From a virus (Duplodnaviria; Caudoviricetes), in the IMG/VR virus record IMGVR_UViG_3300024981_000262, positions 1 through 58,197 of that record: DNA of 58,197 nucleotides; one strand, 5' to 3'. Made by a program: the position numbers and the translations under genes. Under the pieces are notes generated by a model, which saw nothing but the letters and a program-made list of their open reading frames with translations, had not been told where the DNA came from and made no database searches. Of this stretch, positions 1 to 9,474 are shown in pieces (within the stretch, counting starts at the first letter, position 1; every line of letters starts with the position of its first letter).

Positions 1-1458
1 TCAGTCTATCTTACTTTTGGACGTCTTACGGCTACTACCTGTACTTGTACGGGCGCGTCTGCTCTGTGGTGCTGTTGATCTGGCAGTAGTACGCCTGCTC
101 TGTGTGCTACCACGCGCTGGATTCTTTCCTGCATCAACTTTTGTAGCCGCCCTGACGGCAGCCTGGTTCTTTTTCTTATTTGCTTTCTCCATTACCGTTC
201 CCAACCGACCATTCTCGGTATACGAGTATGAGTTCACGGTAGTTCGGATGTCGCGATGACGCAATAGTTTTTGACGATCAAATAGATCGACCTCGTGTTG
301 ATATAACTGGTCTGCAAAGGTCTTCCGGAACGTGTGGAAGCCCCGACGAGCTTTCAATCCCACGGCTTCAAATCCTGCCTTGATCATCCTCATGATGGCC
401 GATGTAGACGAGTACTTCCAGGTGAACAACTTTTGCTGATTCTTCGGTAATTCATTCAGGATGGTAAGTATCTCATCAGTAATAGGGAAATACTCTGTGT
501 CCTTTGTTCTCTTGTTATAAACCTCAATGCGACGATCGCGTAGGTTGAAATTACTGCGATAGAGATGTAGTGTCTCCTTAATGCGGAATCCTGACGCAAG
601 GAACCACCTGAGCAAGCGTGAAACCTGGCGATATGGTCCCACTTTGCCATTCTTTGGTACGTGGGTGTTGAAGTATTCGATGACCCGTGAAAACTCATAG
701 TCTTGGTATATTTCATTCTTGGGTTTATTGCCCTTCTTGCGGAACTGCTTAAGATTTACCTCCCTATCAAGTAGCTCCCTGTCACACAAGAAATTACAGT
801 AGGACGCAAAGTTCCTGAGGTAGAGATTCACGGATGTACTGCCGAGATGTGATTCCCGCCGTTTCCATGCTGCTAGCTGTCGTTCAATGTCAATACGAGA
901 GATAGTACGTTTATCGTCCGCAATAACTTTCGGTACGATCCACTTATAGTCGTCTCGCGTGTTATCATCAAGGTCTCTTGCCGCTAAATGCAACTCATAC
1001 TCTGTCCAAACATCTGTGTACTGAAGCGTCGTGACCTCCTTGTTCTCATTTGGAGGTACAGCAGGCAGAATATTCTGTTCTGCTACAACATTGCTCTGTG
1101 ACTCGCTGTGCTGCACGGTGGTGTAGACAAGCTGTCCATCTGCTGATACTCCTGCTTGCAGGTTTAACGGTCGCCCTTGTATCGCTCCCGGTACCTGCCC
1201 TGATACGATGACGATCTGCGCCGGTTGATGTACGTCTGCCAACTGTGGCATCGTTCCGTCCGGTTGCAGCATGACCGGCTTCATGCCGTGGTGAATGCGA
1301 TACAGATCCCATATCCATTGCTCGGCAAACTTCCGATTCTGCTTCGTGTCTATGAGGCCGGTCGCCACACGCAAGCCCTTGTACTTCAAGTACAGGCGCT
1401 GCGTGCCTCTCGGCGCATAGATCGAACCAGGATGTGATTTTGGAGTACGTTTTGCCAT
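1..1458 (-). CDS. int: Tyrosine recombinase/integrase
   Basis: Catalytic motifs SGFRIKE (R), GFHTFRKTF (HxxR), LLRH and NSYSY (Y); arm-binding-like N-terminus RVATGLIDTKQNRKFA. Confidence 0.95.
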   Translation of the reverse strand: MAKRTPKSHPGSIYAPRGTQRLYLKYKGLRVATGLIDTKQNRKFAEQWIWDLYRIHHGMKPVMLQPDGTMPQLADVHQPAQIVIVSGQVPGAIQGRPLNLQAGVSADGQLVYTTVQHSESQSNVVAEQNILPAVPPNENKEVTTLQYTDVWTEYELHLAARDLDDNTRDDYKWIVPKVIADDKRTISRIDIERQLAAWKRRESHLGSTSVNLYLRNFASYCNFLCDRELLDREVNLKQFRKKGNKPKNEIYQDYEFSRVIEYFNTHVPKNGKVGPYRQVSRLLRWFLASGFRIKETLHLYRSNFNLRDRRIEVYNKRTKDTEYFPITDEILTILNELPKNQQKLFTWKYSSTSAIMRMIKAGFEAVGLKARRGFHTFRKTFADQLYQHEVDLFDRQKLLRHRDIRTTVNSYSYTENGRLGTVMEKANKKKNQAAVRAATKVDAGKNPARGSTQSRRTTARSTAPQSRRARTSTGSSRKTSKSKID

Positions 1459-1481
1459 TGTGCTGTGCGTTGTGCCGCTTG

Positions 1482-1799
1482 CTACGACTGATCCTTCGTT
1501 CCGAACCTTCGACGGTCAAGTTCCTCTAGCATTCGCCGTTCTGCCCTTGTCCGCAGCGTCTCGTCCTTGGGATCGAAGGCAACTCTAAAGCCTTTGGAAA
1601 TCAGGTAACGGCGGTTGCTTCGCGTACATTCCTTTCTCCAGACGGGAAGGCTGCACCATTGCGGTCGTGTCAGAAAAGCGATTCTCAAGCATTTGCGACA
1701 AATCAATCGGCGGGTGTCCCCCGGACCTTCCTCCGTCCGAATATGAACGCCGTCCGTTCGCAGTCTTTCAATACGCCGGGTACGCCGCTGTTTTGCCAT
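1482..1799 (-). CDS. Hypothetical protein (basic, CxxC)
   Basis: Fits between repressor and integrase on the same strand with short gaps. Confidence 0.55.
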   Translation of the reverse strand: MAKQRRTRRIERLRTDGVHIRTEEGPGDTRRLICRKCLRIAFLTRPQWCSLPVWRKECTRSNRRYLISKGFRVAFDPKDETLRTRAERRMLEELDRRRFGTKDQS

Positions 1800-1826
1800 A
1801 CGGGTGTTCCTGCTTCTATTCTTGGA

Positions 1827-2231
1827 TTATTCTTTACTGCGGGACCTGGACCGTGTCGTTGGTTTCGACGCAGTGCTTCCTTCCTCTTCTTCACGTACCC
1901 GCTTCTCTTCCGCACGAACAAGACCCAGCAACTCTTCAGGGCATTCCTTCAGGCTTCGCTTCTGACGCACATACTGTACGGCAAACCGTCGCCGCATCGT
2001 TTCGCCGTTCTCGTTGGGTGTGAAGATCGATCCCAGTCCCTCCATCAGCCAGTCAACAGAAAACCCCTTTCGCAGTATGCTGGCCAGGACTTCATAGGAA
2101 GGGCTTCCGAGTCCCCGGAAGTACCGTCTCAGTTGACCAGGACCTGATATTCCGAGTAGGTAGCAGGCTTCAAGCTGAGTATCGAAGCCGAGATCGACAA
2201 CAAACTGTAGCCGTTCAACAAATCCCTCCAT
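1827..2231 (-). CDS. XRE/CI-like HTH repressor
   Basis: YFRGLGSPSYEVLASILRKGFSVDWLMEGLGSIF matches the XRE 'xxWLxxGxG' signature; GGAG RBS upstream; divergent from the early operon. Confidence 0.8.
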   Translation of the reverse strand: MEGFVERLQFVVDLGFDTQLEACYLLGISGPGQLRRYFRGLGSPSYEVLASILRKGFSVDWLMEGLGSIFTPNENGETMRRRFAVQYVRQKRSLKECPEELLGLVRAEEKRVREEEEGSTASKPTTRSRSRSKE

Positions 2232-2446
2232 GCCGTATCGCCTCCTTCAATAATTTCTTTTTCGTGAGCATTTGCAGATGTCACGCAAGCGCACTAGTTT
2301 TGACCTAAAGTTTTGCAGCAAGAAATTGCTTGTAATTTTTGCTGACAAAACAAGATTACAAAATTTGCACGCATAATCTGCAACCAAATTTTGCAACAGC
2401 ATTTGTCGACTTTTCTTGTTGATCACTTTTGCTCAACGTACTGCGT
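2232..2446. promoter_or_regulatory. AT-rich divergent control (immunity/switch) region
   Basis: AT-rich gap between divergent HTH genes; repeated TTTGCA/TTTTGC words; imperfect inverted repeat TTGTAAT-TTTTG...CAAAA...ATTACAA. Confidence 0.65.
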
Positions 2447-2797
2447 ATGGATTCTTTCCCTGTCGCACCGGACAAATACAGGCACAATCACCCTGTGTTT
2501 GACCCGGTGGCATTCGGACGGCGTTTGAAGGCGGTCTGTCTGGCCCATTTCGGAACGGAAATGATCGCCTGTGTGGAATTGGGTTGCCGTAGTCAGCTCC
2601 AGATACGGCGCTATTGGTCTGGCCAGCAGCTTCCGGCCTGCAAGCTTCTCTATACTCTGACGGCGTTCGGGTTCAACCTGAACTGGCTGTTCAAGGGAGA
2701 AGGCCCGATGTACGACATGTCGGCCCCTGCCGGGCTTGCCCTCGCACAATCCGGCGTTGCCGTCACTCTTCCGGACGATGACAAGGAGATGGCATGA
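2447..2797 (+). CDS. XRE-family HTH regulator (Cro-position paralog of 1827-2231)
   Basis: QIRRYWSGQQLPACKLLYTLTAFGFNLNWLFKGEGPM; alternative TTG start at 2429. Confidence 0.75.
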   Translation: MDSFPVAPDKYRHNHPVFDPVAFGRRLKAVCLAHFGTEMIACVELGCRSQLQIRRYWSGQQLPACKLLYTLTAFGFNLNWLFKGEGPMYDMSAPAGLALAQSGVAVTLPDDDKEMA

Positions 2798-2819
2798 GAC
2801 ATGGTAATCGGCAGGTGAG

Positions 2820-3167
2820 ATGTCACCCTATACCACCCTCGTACGAGTCACGCCCATGAGACGGCAATGCACGGAAGAGGAACCCCTCTGGAGCCGTCCA
2901 TTCGCTGCCAGGTATCTCGGCGTCAGTGTCGAGATCATCGCGCGTCTCATGGACGACGGCACCTTGCGATACACCTATCCATTCCCAGGCAACGAACGGG
3001 ATGCCCGGCTGTTCCGTGAAGACGTCATTGCCCACCGCGCATACATGCTCGGTCAGGCAACCACACTCGCGTCGCTGCAACAGCAGAACGCGGGTATGCG
3101 GAGCACGCCCAATTCCATTGCCGAACATGCCCGGCGTATCAAACAATCTCTCACCACATTTCCGTGA
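2820..3167 (+). CDS. Excisionase-like HTH_17/MerR-type DNA-binding protein
   Basis: WSRPFAARYLGVSVEIIARLMDDGTLRY resembles the excisionase HTH. Confidence 0.75.
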   Translation: MSPYTTLVRVTPMRRQCTEEEPLWSRPFAARYLGVSVEIIARLMDDGTLRYTYPFPGNERDARLFREDVIAHRAYMLGQATTLASLQQQNAGMRSTPNSIAEHARRIKQSLTTFP

Positions 3168-3173
3168 TTGACC

Positions 3174-3749
3174 ATGAGCGACATTGCCAAGCACACAGAA
3201 CAAGAACGCCATGAAGCCCGCCCGATCCACTATGGCGACTTCGTTCTTCCTCGATCCGCTCCTGGCTATTTCGTCTATCTGTTCCTCGTCGTCGATCCGG
3301 CGATTGCCAGAGACGTCCCACGCCTTGGCTTCTTCCACGTCCAGGTGGTGTTTCCGGAGTACCATACTCCGCCGGGGTTCGAGTACATGCCGGAACATCA
3401 GCAACGGAGCGTACTGACACAGCTCAGCCAGGTCATGCTCGTTCCGGTTGACAGTGTCGTCCATCATGAGGATGCCGGACTCATTCTCATGACACAGGAA
3501 GCGAAGAGAACGCTCTTCGGTATCGGTGCCGGCGTCCTGGTGGATGTCTCCTCGATGACAGGGGAGAGCCCTTTCCCAGGCGACAGTATGGCAACGATGC
3601 AGAATGACGGCATTGAAGTGCCTCCTATCGGTACTTCTTCGCCTCTCTTCCCGCATCATGAGGCCACACCTGCGATGGGAATGGGTGCAGACCCCGCGAA
3701 TACGCAGGAACAATCCGGAATAGACTTGAACAATCACGAATTATCGTGA
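3174..3749 (+). CDS. Hypothetical protein
   Basis: Operon-packed ORF. Confidence 0.6.
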   Translation: MSDIAKHTEQERHEARPIHYGDFVLPRSAPGYFVYLFLVVDPAIARDVPRLGFFHVQVVFPEYHTPPGFEYMPEHQQRSVLTQLSQVMLVPVDSVVHHEDAGLILMTQEAKRTLFGIGAGVLVDVSSMTGESPFPGDSMATMQNDGIEVPPIGTSSPLFPHHEATPAMGMGADPANTQEQSGIDLNNHELS

Positions 3750-3767
3750 CAACACCCGCGAATAGAC

Positions 3768-4079
3768 ATGAGGCGTACCGTGACGAAACCAAGAGATGAT
3801 GCCTTACTGCCGGACTACGTCGACATTCCGGTTCTCGCTGGCTGGCAACTGCGCAAGATGCTAGCGCACATTGGTATATCGGCTTATGACCTTTCACGTT
3901 ACGTCGAACGGTCATGCGGATATGTCAGCAAAGTCTGGTTCCCTAAACAGCGTCTTCCACTCAGGGCCTCAGAAGCCCTGTACACGCTGGTGGGACACGA
4001 TCCCTTTTGGAATGCCTACTCTCACACGATGCGCCGGGATGGCGTAAAGGACAAGGAGCATGACCATGATCCAGGATGA
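3768..4079 (+). CDS. Hypothetical protein, possible HTH
   Basis: LRKMLAHIGISAYDLSRYVERSCGYVSK resembles a Cro-like HTH. Confidence 0.55.
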   Translation: MRRTVTKPRDDALLPDYVDIPVLAGWQLRKMLAHIGISAYDLSRYVERSCGYVSKVWFPKQRLPLRASEALYTLVGHDPFWNAYSHTMRRDGVKDKEHDHDPG

Positions 4080-4371
4080 TGACCCCCATTCCTCGGAATC
4101 ACCACGACGAGAGGAATCGCCGTGCGAGTTCCGGAAGCACTACGAACGCACAGGCCGAGCGCCACTTCTCCGTTTCATCATCAGCATTACGCGTGAGAAC
4201 GGAGAAAGCGGCGAGTACAACATCGAGGCTACTGACCTCATTCACGCCGTGACGGTCGCCATGAAGCGAGAACATGAAAAGGGATATTCACCGATTCTGA
4301 TCGGTCTACTCGCACAGCGTGACGGTCCTCAGACGAACAGACCAACGGGTATGGGCAGCGGAGCGCAGTAG
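4060..4371 (+). CDS. Hypothetical protein
   Basis: AGGAG RBS upstream; overlaps previous gene. Confidence 0.6.
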   Translation: MTMIQDDDPHSSESPRREESPCEFRKHYERTGRAPLLRFIISITRENGESGEYNIEATDLIHAVTVAMKREHEKGYSPILIGLLAQRDGPQTNRPTGMGSGAQ

Positions 4372-4448
4372 TATAGCTCCGTGTATGCGGGGCTATGTGG
4401 TCCCATGTCAGAGCCGCCGCCGCAGGGCAATGCGCGGGGGCGGCTCCT

Positions 4449-4517
4449 GGCAGTAGTTGCTGGTCGCACGACGAGTACTACAACGTCTCGTCGCCGGTTC
4501 GATTCCGGCTACTGCCA
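4449..4517 (+). ncRNA. tRNA-like structured RNA (non-canonical) upstream of the replication gene
   Basis: Acceptor-like stem GGCAGTA(4449-55)/TACTGCC(4510-16)+A; T-arm GCCGG-TTCGATT-CCGGC; stem GACGAG/CTCGTC with 11-nt loop; small TGC/GCA hairpin. Confidence 0.6.
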
Positions 4518-4541
4518 CACCAACATCTCGGATTGCAACCA

Positions 4542-5945
4542 ATGGCTGATAAGGCATATAGAATACGGCACGATGTCTATGACGAGATGTACCGCGCCGG
4601 ACTTCTCCCTGACGCAAGCCTTCTCTACCTCTTTCTTCTCAACAATCCGCGCGTCAGTTTGACGGGCCTGTATCGCATCGACGAGAGGGAAATCACCTTC
4701 CATACCGGGATCGGCCAGGACCGCGTCCTGGACTGCCTCCGGAATCTGACGAATGCGGGGCTTATCGTCTATGACCAGAGCCTGTTATGGATACCCCGGA
4801 TCCCGCGAGACAATACGGCCACAAAACTCACCTACTGGCAGCGATTACTTCAGCGCGACGAAGAAGAGTATGCGGCCTACCCGTCGATCATTCCAGGGTG
4901 CGAGAACGGCGCCTACCGTGCGTGGCGCGAAGCCCACGCACAGCACCTTGCCCCACGAGACCAGCAGACCACGGGGCCGGGGGAGAAGTCTCCGGCACCT
5001 ACTTCGGCGCGAACAGCCGCCGACGTCATTCCGCCGTGGGAACGTGCGGCAGAAACACCGGACTCGTCCGATGATGAACCAGGCACCGCCCTGCCTATGA
5101 CCCTATCTTCAGATGAAACCCCTTCTCTACCTACCCAGTATGGGGTAGGGACCTACCAGGAAGGTACCTCCCATCCCCCTGCCCCCTCCAATTCCGGGGG
5201 CCTCACCCCCCTGCCCACTACTCTATATCTATCTCTGTCTCTACCTCCTCCAGAGGAAGACCGTCCGATTGAATCCAGGGGGTGCGGGGGAATCGCGGGG
5301 CAGGTGCCCGGCGGCGGGGTATCTCCGCCACCGGCACAGGATCCGCACCCTGGCGACAACGCATCTGCGTCGAAGCGGTGGAGGGTGGCCGTCCAGACCG
5401 CCCTGCAGGCTATGGCGACGGCCGGGGAGCTGCGGCGCTGGGTCAGCTCCGGGCTCCTGACGCTGGTTCTCGTGCCGCGCACCTGGCCGGAGGCCCACCT
5501 GCCATCGGATACTCCGCCGCCAGCCGTGACCATCCCGTTCCGGCCCCTCGATGGCGATGGAGCCGACGACTGGACACCGAACGGCGACATGCTCCCACGC
5601 TCGCTCTCGACGATCCCGTTCCTCAGTGAATGGGCCAGGTATCTGCGCTGGCGGTGGCTGACGTGGCATGAGTGGCCCGACCGGGTCACGCAGACGGCGC
5701 AATGGCTGCAACTGGCCGAATGGTTCGACCCCATTGCGTGTGTCCGGCAAAGCGTCGCTGGCAGCTTCAAGGGCATCTTCCCACTTCGTGAGGACTTAGG
5801 TAGTGGACGATATACACGAAGCGGAACGGTTCTACGAGCAAGCAGACGCGCTCGCAGCGCAGCACGACGCGGGGGATGTGTCACTGATACGGTCATTGGC
5901 TACGCGCCTCGTCTCACTCCGGACACGGGTCATGCACGTGCGTAG
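4542..5945 (+). CDS. Phage replication initiator/replisome organiser
   Basis: N-terminal wHTH LLYLFLLNNPRVSLTGLYRIDEREITFHTG; C-terminal RQSVAGSFKGIFPLR resembling phage Rep C-termini; start moved from 4395 to ATG 4542. Confidence 0.75.
   Translation: MADKAYRIRHDVYDEMYRAGLLPDASLLYLFLLNNPRVSLTGLYRIDEREITFHTGIGQDRVLDCLRNLTNAGLIVYDQSLLWIPRIPRDNTATKLTYWQRLLQRDEEEYAAYPSIIPGCENGAYRAWREAHAQHLAPRDQQTTGPGEKSPAPTSARTAADVIPPWERAAETPDSSDDEPGTALPMTLSSDETPSLPTQYGVGTYQEGTSHPPAPSNSGGLTPLPTTLYLSLSLPPPEEDRPIESRGCGGIAGQVPGGGVSPPPAQDPHPGDNASASKRWRVAVQTALQAMATAGELRRWVSSGLLTLVLVPRTWPEAHLPSDTPPPAVTIPFRPLDGDGADDWTPNGDMLPRSLSTIPFLSEWARYLRWRWLTWHEWPDRVTQTAQWLQLAEWFDPIACVRQSVAGSFKGIFPLREDLGSGRYTRSGTVLRASRRARSAARRGGCVTDTVIGYAPRLTPDTGHARA
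5090..5250. other. Putative replication origin inside the initiator gene
   Basis: Abrupt pyrimidine-skewed tract with repeated CCTAC/CCCCCTGCCC words and CTCTATATCTATCTCTGTCTCT; lambdoid origins lie within the initiator gene. Confidence 0.4.
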
Positions 5946-6399
5946 TCCGGCGTCCGCCGCATCATGGACAGGCATGATCGCCATACTACAAGAGCTTGTG
6001 AGCGCTGGGTATCACCGCGAGCAAGACTACTGGCTCCCCAAGGCCGAGCGGCGATTACTCTTCGAGGACTGGTCATTCAAGAGCCCGAAGATCATGACGC
6101 TTCCCGACATGTACGGCGGTGGCATCTCAGCCGACACGACTCCCACGATTCCCGTACCACGGCATCAATCGATCGTGAGAGAGAACGCACAAAGGGCCTA
6201 CGAGCTCGGGTACTCGGACGGGTACCGGAATGGACGAAGCGATCGTACGCCCGACGAGCGTCGCCGTGACGATAAAGCCAGACAAGACCTCCTTGATGCG
6301 CTTCGAGCGTCACACAGGCGTGATGAAGAACTTGATGAGGCGCAGCGGGAGATCACCCGCCTGCGCGCGGTCATCCGAGAATTGCAGCGGCGCGCATAG
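5803..6399 (+). CDS. Hypothetical protein with C-terminal coiled coil
   Basis: GAGGA RBS before GTG; helical sequence; follows Rep. Confidence 0.6.
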   Translation: MDDIHEAERFYEQADALAAQHDAGDVSLIRSLATRLVSLRTRVMHVRSPASAASWTGMIAILQELVSAGYHREQDYWLPKAERRLLFEDWSFKSPKIMTLPDMYGGGISADTTPTIPVPRHQSIVRENAQRAYELGYSDGYRNGRSDRTPDERRRDDKARQDLLDALRASHRRDEELDEAQREITRLRAVIRELQRRA

Positions 6400-6444
6400 C
6401 CTGCGAACTACTTCACCACACACAACCAACCTTGAGGAACGACC

Positions 6445-6876
6445 GTGCTTATTCTCACCGTCCTTGCCGAACGACATGCTTGCATCCTGGAAGAGAATCC
6501 CAACATCCATACCACCCGGCGTTGGAATGAATGGACGGAGTATTCACTCACGCTCACGGATGACCAGGCATCCGGTATCTGTGATGCCGTCGGGACGACG
6601 GCCTACGACTCCGATGGAGATCCGGTGCCCCATCGGATACTCTTTGGCGTCAACATCTGTCGTCATGGCCGTACGATAGAATTCGGCCACCTTGAATCAT
6701 ACGTGCCTGATGCAGGATGGGTGCCGGTAGACGTGCCGGATTCCGTTCATGATACGCTGGAAGATCACGTGCTGCGCTTCCTGCATGAGATGCCACCGGC
6801 TGCGGAACTCCTGGCTATCGATCACGTCCTTCTGCGGCATCATCTGGCAGCGCAGACGGCCCTTGTGAACAACTAG
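6445..6876 (+). CDS. Hypothetical protein
   Basis: GAGGA RBS before GTG. Confidence 0.6.
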   Translation: MLILTVLAERHACILEENPNIHTTRRWNEWTEYSLTLTDDQASGICDAVGTTAYDSDGDPVPHRILFGVNICRHGRTIEFGHLESYVPDAGWVPVDVPDSVHDTLEDHVLRFLHEMPPAAELLAIDHVLLRHHLAAQTALVNN

Positions 6877-7045
6877 GGTGTGAATAATGGCGGTTGAATG
6901 TCCAGTATTCTGAAAAGTAGCAATGATGGCAACCAATATTGAAGTCAAGTGGTTGCGGTGATCACACGTTAGTTATCGAGAGAATAGCGACTAGCACATT
7001 GGCACTCAACATGCTAGATTTGCGGCTACCATTGGGATCGCAATC

Positions 7046-8245
7046 ATGTCCGTATCGCTCGAAGACTTCCCCCATCTTTCATTCACGAAACGGTGGGATA
7101 TTGACAAGGAAACCGCACGTTTCCTTGGTCAGTGCGAAGCCTATGCCCGTGTTCTTACTCAACTGCCACTGCTACCACAGGAACATCAACACCTGCTATC
7201 TGTATTCCTGCGAAAGGGGGCGTTAGCAACGACCGCCATTGAAGGAAATACTCTGACACAGGAAGATGTTGACAGAATGTATGATCAACAGATATCCTTA
7301 CCAGTGAGCAAGGAGTATCTAGGTGTCGAGGTCCGCAACATTCTCGACGCGATGAATACGATCATAGATGATATTCTCGCGGGGAAGGAACTGCCTGTCA
7401 CGCCTAATCTTATCTGTACTTTCCATCAATTGGTTTCAAAGAACCTTGGCGATCACATCGATTGCATTCCGGGTCGTTTCAGACAAGATAATCGCTATGT
7501 AGGCAGCTATAGAGCGCCTGACTATAGTAAGGTAGCCAACCTTGTCGAACGCCTATGTGACTGGATGCGGCTCGAATTCCATTACCCGGAATACAAGAAC
7601 GATTGGTACGATGCCATTGTCCAAGCAATCGTAGCACACGTGTATCTTGAATGGATTCACCCGTTCGGCGATGGTAATGGGAGGACAGGGCGGCTATTGG
7701 AATTCTATATCCTTGTTCGAGCAGGAATGCCGGTCATTACCTGTACGCTGTTGTCGAATTTCTACAATGATACGAGGAGCGAATACTATCGTCAATTCGA
7801 CGTCGCTCGACGTAACAACGATCTTAGTTCGTTCATCAAGTATGCTGTGCGCGGGCTCTGTGACAAGATTAAAGAAACGTTGGCCGTTGCACAGGTTTGC
7901 GTGACGACCATCACATGGTCGCATTACATCTATGAGCAGTTCGATAAGAAGACCACTTCGGAGGCTACGAAACGACGTCGTAAACTCGCATTGAGCCTGA
8001 AGATTGGGGTGCCGTATACACGCGAAGAGATTGTTATGCTGAATCCTGAAATGGCAAGAGAGTATCTTCAGACCCAGCGCCTTGCAGCTCGTGATATCAA
8101 CGCATTGGTGAACATGGGTATCCTGCGTGCGTATTCGGGGCTGTCTACGTGGGATGACGATATCTATATCACGAATCACACCAAGCTGCTTCTTGATAGA
8201 ATGCCTGACTCAAAGCATGGTCCGGATCTATTTCCTAATAGCTAG
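7046..8245 (+). CDS. fic: Fic-family protein (AMP transferase)
   Basis: Canonical HPFGDGNGRTGR; N-terminal TTAIEGN inhibitory-type motif; lower GC than flanks. Confidence 0.93.
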   Translation: MSVSLEDFPHLSFTKRWDIDKETARFLGQCEAYARVLTQLPLLPQEHQHLLSVFLRKGALATTAIEGNTLTQEDVDRMYDQQISLPVSKEYLGVEVRNILDAMNTIIDDILAGKELPVTPNLICTFHQLVSKNLGDHIDCIPGRFRQDNRYVGSYRAPDYSKVANLVERLCDWMRLEFHYPEYKNDWYDAIVQAIVAHVYLEWIHPFGDGNGRTGRLLEFYILVRAGMPVITCTLLSNFYNDTRSEYYRQFDVARRNNDLSSFIKYAVRGLCDKIKETLAVAQVCVTTITWSHYIYEQFDKKTTSEATKRRRKLALSLKIGVPYTREEIVMLNPEMAREYLQTQRLAARDINALVNMGILRAYSGLSTWDDDIYITNHTKLLLDRMPDSKHGPDLFPNS

Positions 8246-8720
8246 AATTGCGGATGCGAGTTGCAATGGGATGCTGCGCTCGATTCTCCAGCAGCATATC
8301 ATACCGGATTGGGCAACGCTCCAGATCGAGCTATTGGGCCGTAAGAATATTGATAAGGTCATGCCATCGGCTGTCATCGCAAGGGCCAATAATGTGTATC
8401 TCAATAGTATAATTATCGGCTGGATTATCGGCTGGAAACAAACCCTTCGTCCCAGTTCGGACGATCCCCTCAACCACATAAGATTGTGCCTGGTGGCGCG
8501 AAGTAAGCGTGATTTAATATGCCGATGCCGTTCCTTTTTTGAGCCAGGCTTTTACCATATCGTTAGCCGTCATTTTCGCTGGAAGGCTCAGGGTGACGTT
8601 GCCCGATGCGCCACGAATGAGCAAAACTTTTTCTCCACAAACAATGCGATAATCACGGTCGATATGGTCCATATTCTCTAATCTCCATTTGTGATGACAT
8701 TGTACAGCCCCCAATGGCTA

Positions 8721-9002
8721 CTACTGCCCATCCGTCTCAAAATACTGCACACGAAGCTTCCGTCCCTGTTCATTATCGGCAAACATCCCTGCGGTACCCA
8801 CGCTATCGTCGTCAAGAAGCCAGTCGATACTGAGTCCCAGCTTCAGAAGTGCCCCCAGCACGGATGACCGAATCTCTCTCCCATCCAGCCACCGATATAC
8901 CAATGTACGATCGATATGGAGTGCGGTAGCCAAGCTTGCCGCCTTCCCATCGAAAGCCATGTTGATGAACTTTCTGAGCTTTTCGGGTATCTGATTCGAC
9001 AT
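8721..9002 (-). CDS. XRE-family HTH repressor (second, related to 1827-2231)
   Basis: ASLATALHIDRTLVYRWLDG...GLSIDWLL...ADNEQGRKLRVQY, similar to FSVDWLM...PNENGETMRRRFAVQY. Confidence 0.75.
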   Translation of the reverse strand: MSNQIPEKLRKFINMAFDGKAASLATALHIDRTLVYRWLDGREIRSSVLGALLKLGLSIDWLLDDDSVGTAGMFADNEQGRKLRVQYFETDGQ

Positions 9003-9195
9003 ACTTTTTTCTTGCGCTGAAGAGTACAGCGTACTATATTGTCCTCGATTGTATACAAACAGCCACAGATGAGTATAGATGTCCTCATTTGTGTCTCTTT
9101 GAATGCGACGTAAGCAGTCGTACTACAATATAGTGGTGCGGCCGTTCGCGTACTGCCTTGTATTCACGGGCGTATAGCAGAGAGGGTATCACAGA

Positions 9196-9474
9196 ATGTC
9201 ACAGCCATCAGACCTTGACCCGGTATCCAGCCGAACAACCCGGCGCCCCTATCTGCCGCGAGGACTACGGAAACGTCTGGCCGAGCGTTTCGGCGTCACG
9301 GTCAGTGCCGTCGACTGGCGATTGCGGCACCGAGAGGATGAGACACTGGAAGCGGCACAACTGCGTGCCGACACACTCGAAGCAGCATTGCAGATGGTCC
9401 TGCACGATACCGGCAGTACGACCGAACACAACGCGGACACCTTCCGGAACAAGGATCACGGTCATGGGCATTGA
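9196..9474 (+). CDS. Cro-like small HTH protein
   Basis: LRKRLAERFGVTVSAVDWRLRH; divergent from 8721-9002. Confidence 0.65.
   Translation: MSQPSDLDPVSSRTTRRPYLPRGLRKRLAERFGVTVSAVDWRLRHREDETLEAAQLRADTLEAALQMVLHDTGSTTEHNADTFRNKDHGHGH

Noticed and set aside
4449-4517. Functional decoding tRNA
   Set aside because: 11-nt anticodon loop, no variable loop and minimal D-arm; kept only as tRNA-like RNA
8246-8720. ORFs 8127-8681(+), 8228-8479(-) and 8514-8714(-)
   Set aside because: No motifs and mutually conflicting; cannot tell which, if any, is real
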